Shown here: positions 48,097 through 57,968 of the stretch, piece after piece
How positions within the stretch are numbered: the stretch's first letter is position 1
How the letters are laid out: each line of letters opens with the position of its first letter
Assembly (NCBI GenBank): GCA_963841385.1
Contig: CAWJCO010000006.1
Coordinates: 48,883 to 112,882 of the forward strand
Direction: 5' to 3'
DNA: 64,000 nucleotides
From: an uncultured Chloroflexia bacterium
GTDB taxonomy: Bacteria; Chloroflexota; Dormibacteria; Aeolococcales; Aeolococcaceae
Notes under the pieces: model-generated
What the model saw: only the letters and a program-made list of their open reading frames with translations
Told to the model about the DNA's origin: nothing
The model's database searches: none
Position numbers and translations under genes: made by a program

Positions 48097-48864
48097 ATGC
48101 TGCTCGCCATCGATGTCGGCAACACCGACACCGTGCTCGGGGTCTTCGACGGCAGCCGGCTGGTCGCCGACTTCCGGCTGCACACCGAGCCTCGGGCGAC
48201 CGGTGCCGAGCTCGGGCTGGTGGTGGTGGCCCTGCTCCGCTCCGCCGGGGTCGAGCCGGAGGCGATCTCGGCGGTCGCGGTCAGCAACGTCGTGCCCGAC
48301 CTCTCGCGCAGCCTCGAGGACCTGGGCCGCCAGCGCTTCGGCGGTCCCCCGCTGGTGATCGGGCCGGGGGTGCGGACGGGGATCCGCATCCACTACGACG
48401 ACCCCTCCATGGTCGGCGCCGACCGGATCGCCAATGCCGTCGCGGCCCAGCACCTGTACGGAGGGCCGGCGATCATCTGCGACTTCGGGACCGCGACCAC
48501 CGTCGATGCCATCGACGCCGCCGGCGACTACCTGGGGGGGGCGGTGGCACCGGGGCTGATGGTCAGCCACGACGCCCTGGTGGAGCGGGCGGCCCGGCTC
48601 TCCCACGTCGACCTGGCCGCACCCACCGCCGTGCTCGGACACAACCCGCGAGCCTCGATGCAGGCGGGCCTGATGCTCGGCTACGCGGGTCTGGCCGAGG
48701 GGTTGGTGACCCGGATGCGCCGGGAGATGGACGGCGACCCCAAGCTCATCCTCACCGGGGGGCTCGCCCCGCTGATGGCCGGGCTCATCCCCGGCGTCCA
48801 TGTCACCGACGAGTGGCTGACCCTGGTCGGGCTCCGTCTCCTCCATGAGCTGAACACGGCCTGA
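48097..48864 (+). CDS. coaX: Type III pantothenate kinase
   Basis: AIDVGNT, VGADR, DFGTATT, GGAVAPG, LTGG. Confidence 0.93.
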   Translation: MLLAIDVGNTDTVLGVFDGSRLVADFRLHTEPRATGAELGLVVVALLRSAGVEPEAISAVAVSNVVPDLSRSLEDLGRQRFGGPPLVIGPGVRTGIRIHYDDPSMVGADRIANAVAAQHLYGGPAIICDFGTATTVDAIDAAGDYLGGAVAPGLMVSHDALVERAARLSHVDLAAPTAVLGHNPRASMQAGLMLGYAGLAEGLVTRMRREMDGDPKLILTGGLAPLMAGLIPGVHVTDEWLTLVGLRLLHELNTA

Positions 48865-48958
48865 GCCCGGTGGGGCTGCAGCTGCGGCACGGGCAGAGCT
48901 GAACCCCGGCCTCACCCGGTGGGGCTCCGGCTCCCACCCCGGCCCTACGATGGCCGTC

Positions 48959-50029
48959 ATGAGCAGCGCGGGTCCCGCCTCGACAGCGCCGGTTCCCACC
49001 CTCGAGGCCCCGGCGCGGCTGCGGCTGGGCCGGCTGGAGCTGGACTCCCCGGTGCTGATCGCGCCCATGGTGGGGATCACCGACGCTCCCTTCCGGCGGC
49101 TGGCCCGCGAGCTCGGCGCCGGCCTGGTCTCGGCCGAGATGACCGCCGCGGAGGCGGTGGTCCGGCTCATCCCGCGGACCCTGGAGCTGCTCAGCTTCGA
49201 CCCCGAGGTGCGCCCCGTGGCCGCCCAGCTGGTGGGCTGCGACCCCGGGGTGATGGCCGAAGCGGCGGCGATCTGCGCCGCCCGCGGAGCCATGGTGGTG
49301 GACGTCAACCTGGGCTGCCCGGTGCCCCGGGTCACCGGCCGGGGGTCGGGCGCGGCGCTGGCCCGTGACGTCCACGCCACCGCGCGGGTCGTGCAGGCGA
49401 TGGTGGAGGCCGTCGACGTCCCCGTCACCGCCAAGATGCGGCTCGGTTGGGACCACGCCTCCATCAACGCCCCGGAGCTCTCCCGGGCCCTGGAGGACGT
49501 GGGGTGCGCCATGGTGACCGTCCATGGGCGGACCCGCGCCCAGCGCTACCAGGGCCAGGCGGACTGGGAGGAGATCGCCCGGGTCAGGCGGGCGGTGCGC
49601 ATCCCGGTGGTGGGGAGCGGCGACGTGACCGACGTCCGGGAGATCCGGCGCCGGCTCCTGGCCGGAGAGGTGGACGGGGTGGTGGTGGCCCGGGCGGCGC
49701 TCGGGAACCTCTGGTTCATCCGCCAGGCCGTCCGCCACGCGGCCACCGGTGAGCTGCTCCCCGACCTGGGGTTCGCCGAACGCATCGCGCTGACCCGCCG
49801 CCACCTGGACCTCCTGATCGACTACCACGGGGAGGCCCGGGCGCTGGTGGTGGGCCGCAAGTACGTGGCCTGGACGATCAGGGGATGCAATGGCGCCGCC
49901 CGGCTTCGGGCGATGGTCCAGACCCTGGTCACCCGCGCCGACCTCGACGCGATCCTCGATCAGGCCCTCGAGGCGGGGCTGGGGCCGGGCGGGTGGTTCC
50001 ACCCCGTCTTCACGAGTGGGGAGGGCTGA
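48959..50029 (+). CDS. dusB: tRNA-dihydrouridine synthase
   Basis: APMVGITD, DVNLGCP, GSGAAL, KMRLGW, HGRT, GSGD, ARAALGN; start 48959 preferred (TACGAT 7 nt upstream). Confidence 0.9.
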   Translation: MSSAGPASTAPVPTLEAPARLRLGRLELDSPVLIAPMVGITDAPFRRLARELGAGLVSAEMTAAEAVVRLIPRTLELLSFDPEVRPVAAQLVGCDPGVMAEAAAICAARGAMVVDVNLGCPVPRVTGRGSGAALARDVHATARVVQAMVEAVDVPVTAKMRLGWDHASINAPELSRALEDVGCAMVTVHGRTRAQRYQGQADWEEIARVRRAVRIPVVGSGDVTDVREIRRRLLAGEVDGVVVARAALGNLWFIRQAVRHAATGELLPDLGFAERIALTRRHLDLLIDYHGEARALVVGRKYVAWTIRGCNGAARLRAMVQTLVTRADLDAILDQALEAGLGPGGWFHPVFTSGEG

Positions 50030-50117
50030 CCGGCGGGACCCGGCTGGGTCCGCCAGCAGCTCGGTGTCACGCCCTGCCCCGCCCTCGCCGCCGGTGACGT
50101 GAACAGGCTCCCAGATC

Positions 50118-50154
50118 AAAAAAGAGGGCGCCCCTGGAAGACCAGAGACGCCCC
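50118..50154 (-). terminator. Intrinsic terminator (minus strand)
   Basis: GGGGCGUCUCUGG-UCUU-CCAGGGGCGCCCU, 13-bp stem with G:U pairs, then CUUUUUU. Confidence 0.8.
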
Positions 50155-50194
50155 GAGAGGGGGGGCTATGAAGGCGCGGTCCCCGACCGCTGGT
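50118..50194 (-). ncRNA. Candidate ~75-nt small RNA
   Basis: Bounded by a minus-strand TTGACC-N18-TATCAT promoter and a minus-strand intrinsic terminator; 5' hairpin plus C-rich single-stranded core. Confidence 0.55.
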
Positions 50195-50198
50195 CTAG

Positions 50199-50228
50199 AT
50201 GATAGGTAGGTTATCAGATCGGGGTCAA
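50199..50228 (-). promoter_or_regulatory. Sigma70-type promoter (minus strand)
   Basis: TTGACC (50228-50223), 18-nt spacer, TATCAT (50204-50199). Confidence 0.6.
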
Positions 50229-50365
50229 TCAGGTGGGGTCAGTTTGTTACGCGAACGTCGCCACCATCGTTTCACCCTCAGCACCTATACTCCCCTGCTT
50301 CCCCCCCTGATGCGCCGGCGTCGCTCGCCAGGCCCCATCCGCAGTCACGAAGGTCAGCCATCGCC

Positions 50366-50827
50366 ATGGACAAGCCGGTCTTGCTCACCAAAGAGGGCCT
50401 CGGCAAGCTCCAGACGGAGCTCGACGAGCTCCGGACGGTGCGACGCCCCGAGATCGCCGAGCGGATCAAATACGCGAAGGACTTCGGTGACATCACGGAG
50501 AACGCCGAGTACGAGGATGCCAAGAACGAGCAGGGCATGCTCGAGGGTCGCATCCTCACCCTGGAGATGATGGTCCGCAACGCCGTGATCATCGAGCAGG
50601 CGGAGGTCGGCGGCGTCGTCCAGGTCGGATCCACCGTCGAGGTCAAGGACGAGTACGGCACCCAGAGCTTCACCATCGTCGGTCCGGCCGAGGTCGACGT
50701 GACCTCCGGGAGGATCTCGATGGAGTCGCCGGTGGGCAAGGCCCTGCTCGGTCGCCGGATCGGGGACCGGGTCGAGGTCCAGAGCCCCGGCGGGGTGCGC
50801 GAGCTCCAGGTGACGGCCCTCCGCTGA
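50366..50827 (+). CDS. greA: Transcription elongation factor GreA
   Basis: LTKEG..KL..EL, GDITENAEYEDAK, ISMESPVGKALLG; -10 TATACT at 50286. Confidence 0.96.
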   Translation: MDKPVLLTKEGLGKLQTELDELRTVRRPEIAERIKYAKDFGDITENAEYEDAKNEQGMLEGRILTLEMMVRNAVIIEQAEVGGVVQVGSTVEVKDEYGTQSFTIVGPAEVDVTSGRISMESPVGKALLGRRIGDRVEVQSPGGVRELQVTALR

Positions 50828-50887
50828 TCTCCCCGGAAGGGGCTGGGCGCACGGGAGAGCCCGCCGCTCGGGCACCATGTACGCGGC

Positions 50888-52471
50888 ATGCCCGACGATC
50901 CCTTCATGGCCGAACGCAGGCGCAAGGCCGAGGCCCTCGCCGCCCTGGGCTTCCCCGTCTACAACGTCGACTTCCGCCCCGATCACACCCTGGCGGAGGC
51001 GCAGCGCGCCCTGGTCGACTGGGAGGCTGGCGCGCCACCCGCTGACGCCCCGGGGCCGGAGGTCGCTGTGGCCGGCCGGCTCATGCTCCACCGCATCCAG
51101 GGAAGGAGCGTCTTCTCCCACCTCGAGGACGAGACCGGCCGGATGCAGGTCTGGTTTCGCCAGGACCAGCTCGGCGAGCCGGCCTTCGAGGCGGTGAAGC
51201 TGCTCGACCTCGGCGACATCGTCGGGGTGGGGGGGACGCTGATGCGGACCCGGCGGGGAGAGCCGACTGTGCTGGTCCGGGCTCTGACGCCCCTGGTCAA
51301 GGCGTTGCGCCAGCCCCCGGAGAAGTTCCACGGGCTCCAGGACCAGGAGACCCGCTATCGCAAGCGCTACTACGACCTGATGTCCAGCGTCAGCCAGCGG
51401 CGCCATTTCCGGACCCGCGCCGCGCTGCTCCGCAGCGTGCGCAGGACCCTCGAGGACCGCGGTTTCCTGGAGGTCGAGACCCCCATCCTGCAGCTGATCC
51501 CCGGGGGCGGGCATGCCGTCCCATTCCGGACGCATTGGAACGCTCTGCACACCGACGTCTACCTGAGGATCGCCATCGAGCTGCACCTCAAGCGCCTGCT
51601 GGTCGGGGGCTACCGCCGGGTGTACGAGATCGGCCGCGTCTTTCGCAACGAGGGCCTCTCGCCACGCCACAATCCCGAGTTCACGATGCTGGAGGCGTAC
51701 CAGGCCTACGCGGACTATGCCGACATGCGCGAGCTGACCGAGGCGATCGTCGTCGACGCCGCCCGGGCCATCCCGGCTGCCGCACCCGGCGCCGCCGAGG
51801 TGGAGGAGCGCGAGGGCGATGCCCGGGATGCCGTCGGGGTCCCCGCGCCCCTCGTCGACCCCCTGCGCCGGCAGTACGGCGGCCGCGCTCTGGACCTCTC
51901 CCCACCGTTCCCGGCACGGACCATGGCGAGCCTGATCGAGGAGGTGTGCGGGTTCGACCCGGTGAGCGCCTGGGACGCCGGCACGCTGGAGGAGCGGGCC
52001 CGCCAGGCGGCGGTGGAGCTGCCCGCCGGCCTGGGCCCCGGCACCATCTTCAACGAGGTCTATGAGCAGAAGGTCGAACGCACCCTTCACGACCCCACCT
52101 TCGTCCTCGACTACCCGGCCGAGGTGAGCCCCCTGGCCCGGCGGCGGCGCGACGACCCGCGCTTCGTGGAGCGCTTCGAGCTGGTGGTCGCCGGACGGGA
52201 GCTGGCCAACGCCTTCAGCGAGCTCAACGACCCCATCGACCAGCGCGCCCGCTTCGAGGAGCAGGCCCGCCGCCGGGAGCTGGACGAGGGCGTGGGCCCC
52301 CCCCTGGACGAGGACTTCCTGGAGGCGATCGAGGCCGGGATGCCGCCCGCCGGCGGCCTGGGCATCGGCCTCGACCGGCTGGCCATGCTGCTCACCGACA
52401 GCCCCGGGATCCGCGACGTGCTGCTCTTCCCGACCATGCGTCCCCAGGGCGGAGAGGAGGCCGAGGTGTGA
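50888..52471 (+). CDS. lysS: Lysyl-tRNA synthetase class II
   Basis: OB-fold; [49 protein letters not shown]. Confidence 0.96.
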   Translation: MPDDPFMAERRRKAEALAALGFPVYNVDFRPDHTLAEAQRALVDWEAGAPPADAPGPEVAVAGRLMLHRIQGRSVFSHLEDETGRMQVWFRQDQLGEPAFEAVKLLDLGDIVGVGGTLMRTRRGEPTVLVRALTPLVKALRQPPEKFHGLQDQETRYRKRYYDLMSSVSQRRHFRTRAALLRSVRRTLEDRGFLEVETPILQLIPGGGHAVPFRTHWNALHTDVYLRIAIELHLKRLLVGGYRRVYEIGRVFRNEGLSPRHNPEFTMLEAYQAYADYADMRELTEAIVVDAARAIPAAAPGAAEVEEREGDARDAVGVPAPLVDPLRRQYGGRALDLSPPFPARTMASLIEEVCGFDPVSAWDAGTLEERARQAAVELPAGLGPGTIFNEVYEQKVERTLHDPTFVLDYPAEVSPLARRRRDDPRFVERFELVVAGRELANAFSELNDPIDQRARFEEQARRRELDEGVGPPLDEDFLEAIEAGMPPAGGLGIGLDRLAMLLTDSPGIRDVLLFPTMRPQGGEEAEV

Positions 52472-53730
52472 TTCCGCTCCACGACCTTCGCGAGGACCCC
52501 GAGCGCTACCGGCGGGGGGCCGAGCTGAAGCACGAGGCCGCCCCGATCGACGAGATCCTGGAGCTGGACACCCGTGCCCGCGCCCTCCGCGCCCAGGTCG
52601 AGGCCGCCCAGGCGGAGCGCCGCCGCGCCTCTTCGGGGGCGCGCGGTGCGCCCACCGACGAGGAGCGGGCGCGCCTCAACGAGCTGAGAGTCCAGGTCCA
52701 GTCGGGTGAGTCCGAGCTGGCGGAGATCGAGACGCAACTCCGCGACCTGCTCCTCTACGTTCCCAACCCCCCTCACGAGTCGGTGCCCATCGGCAAGGAC
52801 GAGGGCGACAACGTGACGGTGCGCACCTGGGGCGAGGTCCCCCGGCTCGACTTTCCGGCGCTGCCCCACTACGACATCGGCGAGCGTCTCGGCATCTTCG
52901 ACTTCGAGCGCGCCGCCAAGATCAGTGGCGCGCGTTTCGCCGTGCTGCGCGGCGACGGCGCGCGGTTGCAGCGGGCGCTCATCACCTGGATGCTGGACGT
53001 GGGGATCCGGGACCATGGCTACACCGAGGTGCTGCCCCCGTACCTGGTCCGCACCGAGTGCATGGTGGGCACCGCCAATCTCCCCGACAAGGAGGGGATG
53101 GCCTACCAGACCAGCGACGACCTCTACCTGGTGCCGACCGCCGAGGTGCCGGTCACCAACCTCTACCGCGAGGAGATCCTCGAAGCCGCCGACCTGCCCA
53201 TCTGCCACATCGCCTACACGGCGTGCTTCCGCCGCGAAGCCGGGGCGGCGGGCAAGGACACCCGCGGCTACATCCGGCTGCACCAGTTCGACAAGGTCGA
53301 GATGGTGAGGTTCACCACCCCCGAGGCCTCGCTGGAGGAGCTGGAGCTGCTGACCGGTCACGCCGAGTCCCTGCTGCAGCGGCTCGGCATCCGCTACCGG
53401 GTGCTCTCGATGTGCACCGGCGACATGGGCTTCGCCCAGTGGAAGAAGTACGACGTCGAGGCCTGGGCACCGGGGATGCAGCGGTGGCTGGAGGTCTCCT
53501 CGTGCAGCGCCTTCGGTGACTTCCAGGCGCGCCGGGCCAACATCCGCTACCGACCGGCGCCGGGGGAGCGTCCCCGCTTCGTTCACACGCTCAATGGCAG
53601 CGGTCTGGCCGTACCCCGTGTCCTCGACGCGATCCTCGAGACCTACCAGCAGGCGGACGGGAGCGTCGAGGTCCCCGACGCGCTCTGGCCCTACATGGGA
53701 GGCACCACCCGTCTGGAGCTGCCGCGATGA
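52468..53730 (+). CDS. serS: Seryl-tRNA synthetase
   Basis: N-terminal coiled coil; PTAEVP, FRREAG, RLHQFDKVE, EVSSCS, HTLNGSGLA. Confidence 0.96.
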   Translation: MIPLHDLREDPERYRRGAELKHEAAPIDEILELDTRARALRAQVEAAQAERRRASSGARGAPTDEERARLNELRVQVQSGESELAEIETQLRDLLLYVPNPPHESVPIGKDEGDNVTVRTWGEVPRLDFPALPHYDIGERLGIFDFERAAKISGARFAVLRGDGARLQRALITWMLDVGIRDHGYTEVLPPYLVRTECMVGTANLPDKEGMAYQTSDDLYLVPTAEVPVTNLYREEILEAADLPICHIAYTACFRREAGAAGKDTRGYIRLHQFDKVEMVRFTTPEASLEELELLTGHAESLLQRLGIRYRVLSMCTGDMGFAQWKKYDVEAWAPGMQRWLEVSSCSAFGDFQARRANIRYRPAPGERPRFVHTLNGSGLAVPRVLDAILETYQQADGSVEVPDALWPYMGGTTRLELPR

Positions 53731-54671
53731 GCCAGCCCCCGTGGCCGGGCTGGGCCCCGCCTCCGCCCCCGCCGCCTCCCGCGCAGGGGGGTGCCGACGC
53801 CGGAGTCCCCGCTCCCACGGGGTGGCCCGTCCCTCCGCCTCCGCCGCCGGGGAGCTTCCTTCCGCCCGGCTGGTGGGCGCCGGCCCCGCCCCCGCCCCCT
53901 CAGGTGCCCCCGGCCCGGCCGCGACGCGGCATGAGCGTCCTGGCGGTGATGCTCTGCGTGGCCCTGCCCCTGCTCGGTCTGGGTGCGGTCTGGCTGGTGC
54001 TCAGCGGCCTCTCGACGGGTGGTGGCCCGGCTGCACACGCGACCAGCCTCACCCTGGACAGCGGGCGGGTGGTGTGGAGTGACGATTTCACCAATCCCGA
54101 CTCCGGGTGGTTCAGCGGCACCGACAGCGCGGGCAGCAGCTTCGTCTACATGGGTGGCGCCTACGTGATCAACGGCAGCGGAGATACCGCTCACGCGGCG
54201 ACGGCGCCGTACTCGAGGGGCCTCGCCGCCATGGCGGTGAGCGCGTCCTTCACCCTCGCCTCCGCGGGTGACCTCGACGCCGGGGCCGGGCTCCGTTGCG
54301 ACCACGCCGGAGACGACTCCACGACCCACTACGTCGCCTTCCTCTTCCCGGACGGCGGCCTCCAGGTGTTCCGCTATCCGGGGGCGGCGGAGAGCTCCGC
54401 GGATGAGCCGACCAGCATCCTCATCGGCTATGTCCTCGGGGTGGGGCAGGTCGGACAGTCCAACCGGATGAGCCTCGCCTGCATCACCGTGAGCGTGGGC
54501 GACGGCCTCCAGACCACCCGGATCCTGGTTCAGGTCAACGCCGGCACCGTCCACACCGTCACCGACAGCTACCCGACCGGGGGTGGCTCGGGTTGGAACG
54601 GGGGCGTGGAGTCGGAGGGGAACTCCACCGTGGAGTACGATGACTTCAGGATTCGCGATCTCGAGGGGTGA
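53727..54671 (+). CDS. Pro-rich N-terminus, single TM, extracellular beta-sandwich protein
   Basis: Poly-Pro region, TM (VLAVMLCVALPLLGLGAVWLVL), DDF...W lectin-like domain ending EYDDFRI. Confidence 0.65.
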   Translation: MSQPPWPGWAPPPPPPPPAQGGADAGVPAPTGWPVPPPPPPGSFLPPGWWAPAPPPPPQVPPARPRRGMSVLAVMLCVALPLLGLGAVWLVLSGLSTGGGPAAHATSLTLDSGRVVWSDDFTNPDSGWFSGTDSAGSSFVYMGGAYVINGSGDTAHAATAPYSRGLAAMAVSASFTLASAGDLDAGAGLRCDHAGDDSTTHYVAFLFPDGGLQVFRYPGAAESSADEPTSILIGYVLGVGQVGQSNRMSLACITVSVGDGLQTTRILVQVNAGTVHTVTDSYPTGGGSGWNGGVESEGNSTVEYDDFRIRDLEG

Positions 54672-54709
54672 GGGGGATGACCGGCGCCGCCCCGGAAGCC
54701 GAGCGATGA
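54668..54709 (+). other. Bridging mini-ORF VRGMTGAAPEAER
   Basis: GTG 54668 overlaps the upstream TGA; TGA 54707-54709 overlaps pip ATG 54706. Confidence 0.45.
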
Positions 54710-56022
54710 CTGGGCACGAGGTGGTTTCGCGAGTCGCGGTGGACCGGATGATCGTCACCGGGCACCGCATCGAGTGCCCGCTGGATTGGGACCGGCCCGG
54801 CGAGCCCGAGACGATCAGCGTCTTCGCCCGCGAGGTCGTCGCCGCGGAGAGGATGGACGATCGTCGGATGCCGATGATCTGCTGGTACCAGGGCGGTCCG
54901 GGGATGGAGTTCAGCTTCCCGGCCTCGCGCGGCGCGTGGCTGGAGCAGCTGCTCACCCGCTACCGCGTGCTCCTCCTCGACCAGCGCGGCACGGGCCTCA
55001 GCACGCCGCTCGAGGCGCGGGCGATGCCGCGCACCGATCCGTCGGAGCTGGCCGCGTACCTCTCGCACTTCCGCGCCAACTCGATCGCGCGCGATGCCGA
55101 GCGGTTCCGCTCGGTGCTGCTCGGCGAGGACGCCGGCTGGTATCTCTTCGGGCAGAGCTTCGGGGGCTTCTGCAGCCTCACCCACCTCTCCTTCCTTCCC
55201 GAGCATCTGACCGGGGTGATCATCACCGGGGGCTTCGCCCCCGTCCTTCACGAGCCGGCTGCGGTGTACGCGGTGCTGGCCGGCCGGGTCGCCGAGCGGA
55301 ACGCCGACTTCCTGTCCCGCTTCCCGGAGGATGCGGCCCGGGTGCGGCGGATCGTCGACCATCTCGAATCGGCGAGAGACATGGACGCGTACGGTCAGCG
55401 CCTGACCGCCCCGGCCTTCCTCGCGCTCGGGACCTGCCTCGGCCATCTCCACGGCGCGGCTGAGCTGCACGGCATCGTCGAGCGCGCGGCGCATGACCTG
55501 GGGGCGCTCGGGAGACTCGGCGGCTACGTGCATCAGCAGGTCGCCGAGCTGATGGCTCCGGCGACCAATCCCATCTACTCCCTGCTCCAGGAGGCCTGCT
55601 ACGCGCAGGGCGCGCCGACCCGATGGGCGGCGGCGCGGGTCATCGCCGCCGATCCTCGCTACGCTCTGGGCGCCGAGCCGGCACCGTGTTTCACGGGCGA
55701 GATGATGTTCCCCTGGATGTTCGAGGAGTGGGCGCCGCTGCGCCCGTTCCGGGAGGCGGCCGAGATGCTCGCCAGCCGGGTCTCCTGGCCGCCCCTGTAC
55801 GACGTCGACCGGCTGAGGGGGAATCGCGTCCCGGTCGTCGGAGCGGTCTACTGGAACGATCCCTACGTGGAGCGCGGCCTGGCTCTGGAGACCGCGGGGC
55901 TGCTCGGCAACTGCGACGTCTGGATCACCAACCAGCACGAGCACCAGGCGTACCGGGTCACCCCCGCACCGGTGGCGGAGCGGCTCTTCGCCATGCTCGA
56001 CCAGCGCCGCGCGCAGAGCTGA
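54706..56022 (+). CDS. pip: Proline iminopeptidase-like alpha/beta hydrolase (S33)
   Basis: QGGPG, DQRGTGLS, FRANSIARDAE, GQSFGG nucleophile, FTGEM, ITNQHEH. Confidence 0.85.
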   Translation: MTGHEVVSRVAVDRMIVTGHRIECPLDWDRPGEPETISVFAREVVAAERMDDRRMPMICWYQGGPGMEFSFPASRGAWLEQLLTRYRVLLLDQRGTGLSTPLEARAMPRTDPSELAAYLSHFRANSIARDAERFRSVLLGEDAGWYLFGQSFGGFCSLTHLSFLPEHLTGVIITGGFAPVLHEPAAVYAVLAGRVAERNADFLSRFPEDAARVRRIVDHLESARDMDAYGQRLTAPAFLALGTCLGHLHGAAELHGIVERAAHDLGALGRLGGYVHQQVAELMAPATNPIYSLLQEACYAQGAPTRWAAARVIAADPRYALGAEPAPCFTGEMMFPWMFEEWAPLRPFREAAEMLASRVSWPPLYDVDRLRGNRVPVVGAVYWNDPYVERGLALETAGLLGNCDVWITNQHEHQAYRVTPAPVAERLFAMLDQRRAQS

Positions 56023-56107
56023 GGTTCGCGGCGCGCGGGCTGGCCGTGCATCCACCCGTCGCACCCGGTGGCCCGGCGCCCACGGGTCGCTCGCGGATAA
56101 TCGGGCC

Positions 56108-56761
56108 ATGTCGGGCGAGGTCGAGCGGGAGATCAAGCTGAGCGCGAGCCCGGGCTATGTCCTCCCCGACCTCTCCGACCTGGGCGACGGGGCGGTGGGG
56201 GACTCGGGCGCCGAGCCCCAGGAGACGATGTACTGGGACACCGAGTCCCTCGACCTCGTCCGCCAGGGGTTCGGCCTCCGCCACCGCCGCCGCCTCGACC
56301 GGCCGGAGCATCCGGGGATTTGGACCCTCAAGACCCCCGGGCACGCGGACGGCGACCGGATGGTGCGCGGTGAGCACGAGCTGGCCGCGGCGGGCGGCGC
56401 TCCGCCGCCGGCGCTGCTCGCCCGGATCCCGGCGGACGTCCCTGCCGCCGCGCTGCACCCGGTGGCGCTGCTCCGGGCGACCCGGCGCGTGCTCACCCTC
56501 GGAGAGGCGAGCGCCCAGGCCGGCGGGAGGGCGATCGTCGAGGTGATGGACGACACCGTCGAGGTCGCGGCTCCTGACGGTTCGGTCGCCGACCGCTTCC
56601 GCGAGCTGGAGGTCGAGATCCAGGACGGCGGTGACGAGCTGGCCGACCGGGTGGCGGCCCGGCTCCGCGAGGCCGGGGCGGGGCCACCCGAGAGCAGCTC
56701 GAAGTACCGCCGGGCGCTGCGTGCCCTCGGCCACGAGATCGGAGCGGACACCGACCTCTGA
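56108..56761 (+). CDS. CYTH-domain protein (triphosphatase-like)
   Basis: EVEREIKL ExExK, YWDT, LRHR, WTLK, DDTVEV, FRELEVE, SSKY. Confidence 0.88.
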   Translation: MSGEVEREIKLSASPGYVLPDLSDLGDGAVGDSGAEPQETMYWDTESLDLVRQGFGLRHRRRLDRPEHPGIWTLKTPGHADGDRMVRGEHELAAAGGAPPPALLARIPADVPAAALHPVALLRATRRVLTLGEASAQAGGRAIVEVMDDTVEVAAPDGSVADRFRELEVEIQDGGDELADRVAARLREAGAGPPESSSKYRRALRALGHEIGADTDL

Positions 56762-56768
56762 CCCGGCT

Positions 56769-56924
56769 GCGGCTCCAGACGAGCGGTCAGCCCCGGACCC
56801 CGGCCGCGGCTCCGGACGAGCGGTCAGCCCCGGCCCCGGTCAGCTCCGGACCCCGGTCAGCTCCGGGCCCCGGTCAGCTCCGGGCCCCGGTCAGCTCCGG
56901 ACCCCGGTCAGCTCCGGGCCCCGG
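56769..56924. repeat. Composite tandem array: 37-bp period x2 then 17-bp x5
   Basis: CCCCGGTCAGCTCCGG(A/G) at 56834, 56851, 56868, 56885, 56902; GCGGCTCC.GACGAGCGGTCAGCCCCGG at 56769 and 56806. Confidence 0.9.
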
Positions 56925-57645
56925 CCTGGGCTGAGCGCTCCCAGCGACGGACCCACCGCTCCTCGGCGACCACCGCCGGCCGGACGTGCTGCTCCATGAG
57001 GGTCTCGAAGAAGACCCGGCGCCGCTCGGCCTCCTCCTCCGCGGGGAACGGCGCGGCGGCACTGCGCTCCCTGATCCAGGGCGGGACAAAGCGGAGCACG
57101 ACCCGGCTGTTGAGCCGAACCCCGCACTCCGGGTCGCGCTTCTCGTCGACCTCAACTCCGATCCGGAGCAGCGGACCGGTGTTGTCGAAGAGCTTCCAAC
57201 CCTGGGACCAGCGCCGCCCGCCGCTCACCGAGGTCACCAGGTTCAGCGCCTCGGCGGCCACGTACTCGCCGAGGGCCGGCCGGGCCAGCTCCGACAGCAG
57301 GGTGCGCATCGGCTTGTCGAGGGTGTCGGCGAGGTACGAGGCGAGCGAGGGCGCCCGGTTGTCGAGATCGGGGGCAGGCAGCTCACCCCGGAACTCCACC
57401 GGGGCCAGGCTCTGGACGATCCGGGCGTGTCGCCGGCAGAGGTGCCAGGCGTTGACCTTGACGATGTGCTGGGGGCACCAGGCGGTGGGGCAGGGGGTGC
57501 CGCGGCGGTCGCGGTAGTCGCAGGTGACCCGGTCAGGGCCGTCGCAGCCGGGCTCCGAGCAGAGCTGCAAGGTCGGCTGTCCGGGCGATGCGGGAACGCC
57601 CACGACCTCGGCTTCGACGGGGGTGTGGCGCCTGAATCTCGACAC
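56908..57645 (-). CDS. Hypothetical protein with N-terminal Cys/His zinc-binding cluster
   Basis: C-x4-C-x7-C-x9-C-x4-C-x2-H-x9-C-x2-H, followed by a globular domain. Confidence 0.7.
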   Translation of the reverse strand: MSRFRRHTPVEAEVVGVPASPGQPTLQLCSEPGCDGPDRVTCDYRDRRGTPCPTAWCPQHIVKVNAWHLCRRHARIVQSLAPVEFRGELPAPDLDNRAPSLASYLADTLDKPMRTLLSELARPALGEYVAAEALNLVTSVSGGRRWSQGWKLFDNTGPLLRIGVEVDEKRDPECGVRLNSRVVLRFVPPWIRERSAAAPFPAEEEAERRRVFFETLMEQHVRPAVVAEERWVRRWERSAQAGARS

Positions 57646-57914
57646 CTTCCGATCCCTTTCCCGCCACCGCGCTCGTGGCGGGCTCCCTCATACGAATGGC
57701 CGCACACTACCAGATCGTTGCTCTCCTGTCAAACGCTTACCATGGCCAGATCGTGTCACCGGCTGCCGCCCGCCGCGGAGCTGCTTCCGTGCCGATCCCG
57801 GTGGCGCCGCCCTCGCCGCCCCGCGCCGACCTCGGGCACCACCCCGCCCCACCTGCCGGTGCTTGCGGGGGACCAGCCCGCCACTGCTGGCGATCTCCGG
57901 TGGCACCTTCCCCC

Positions 57915-57935
57915 GGGGACTCCGCTAGAGTCCCC
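57915..57935. promoter_or_regulatory. Palindrome overlapping the putative -10 of trpB2
   Basis: GGGGACTC-CGCTA-GAGTCCCC; contains TAGAGT (57926-57931). Confidence 0.45.
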
Positions 57936-57968
57936 GACCACCGTCCGCCGAATCGTTGGGGAAGATCC

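Noticed and set aside
50168-50209. Type I toxin opposite the sRNA
   Set aside because: The 13-aa peptide is hydrophilic with no TM helix.
56769-56924. Possible CRISPR array
   Set aside because: Repeats are directly adjacent with no unique spacers, and there are no cas genes.
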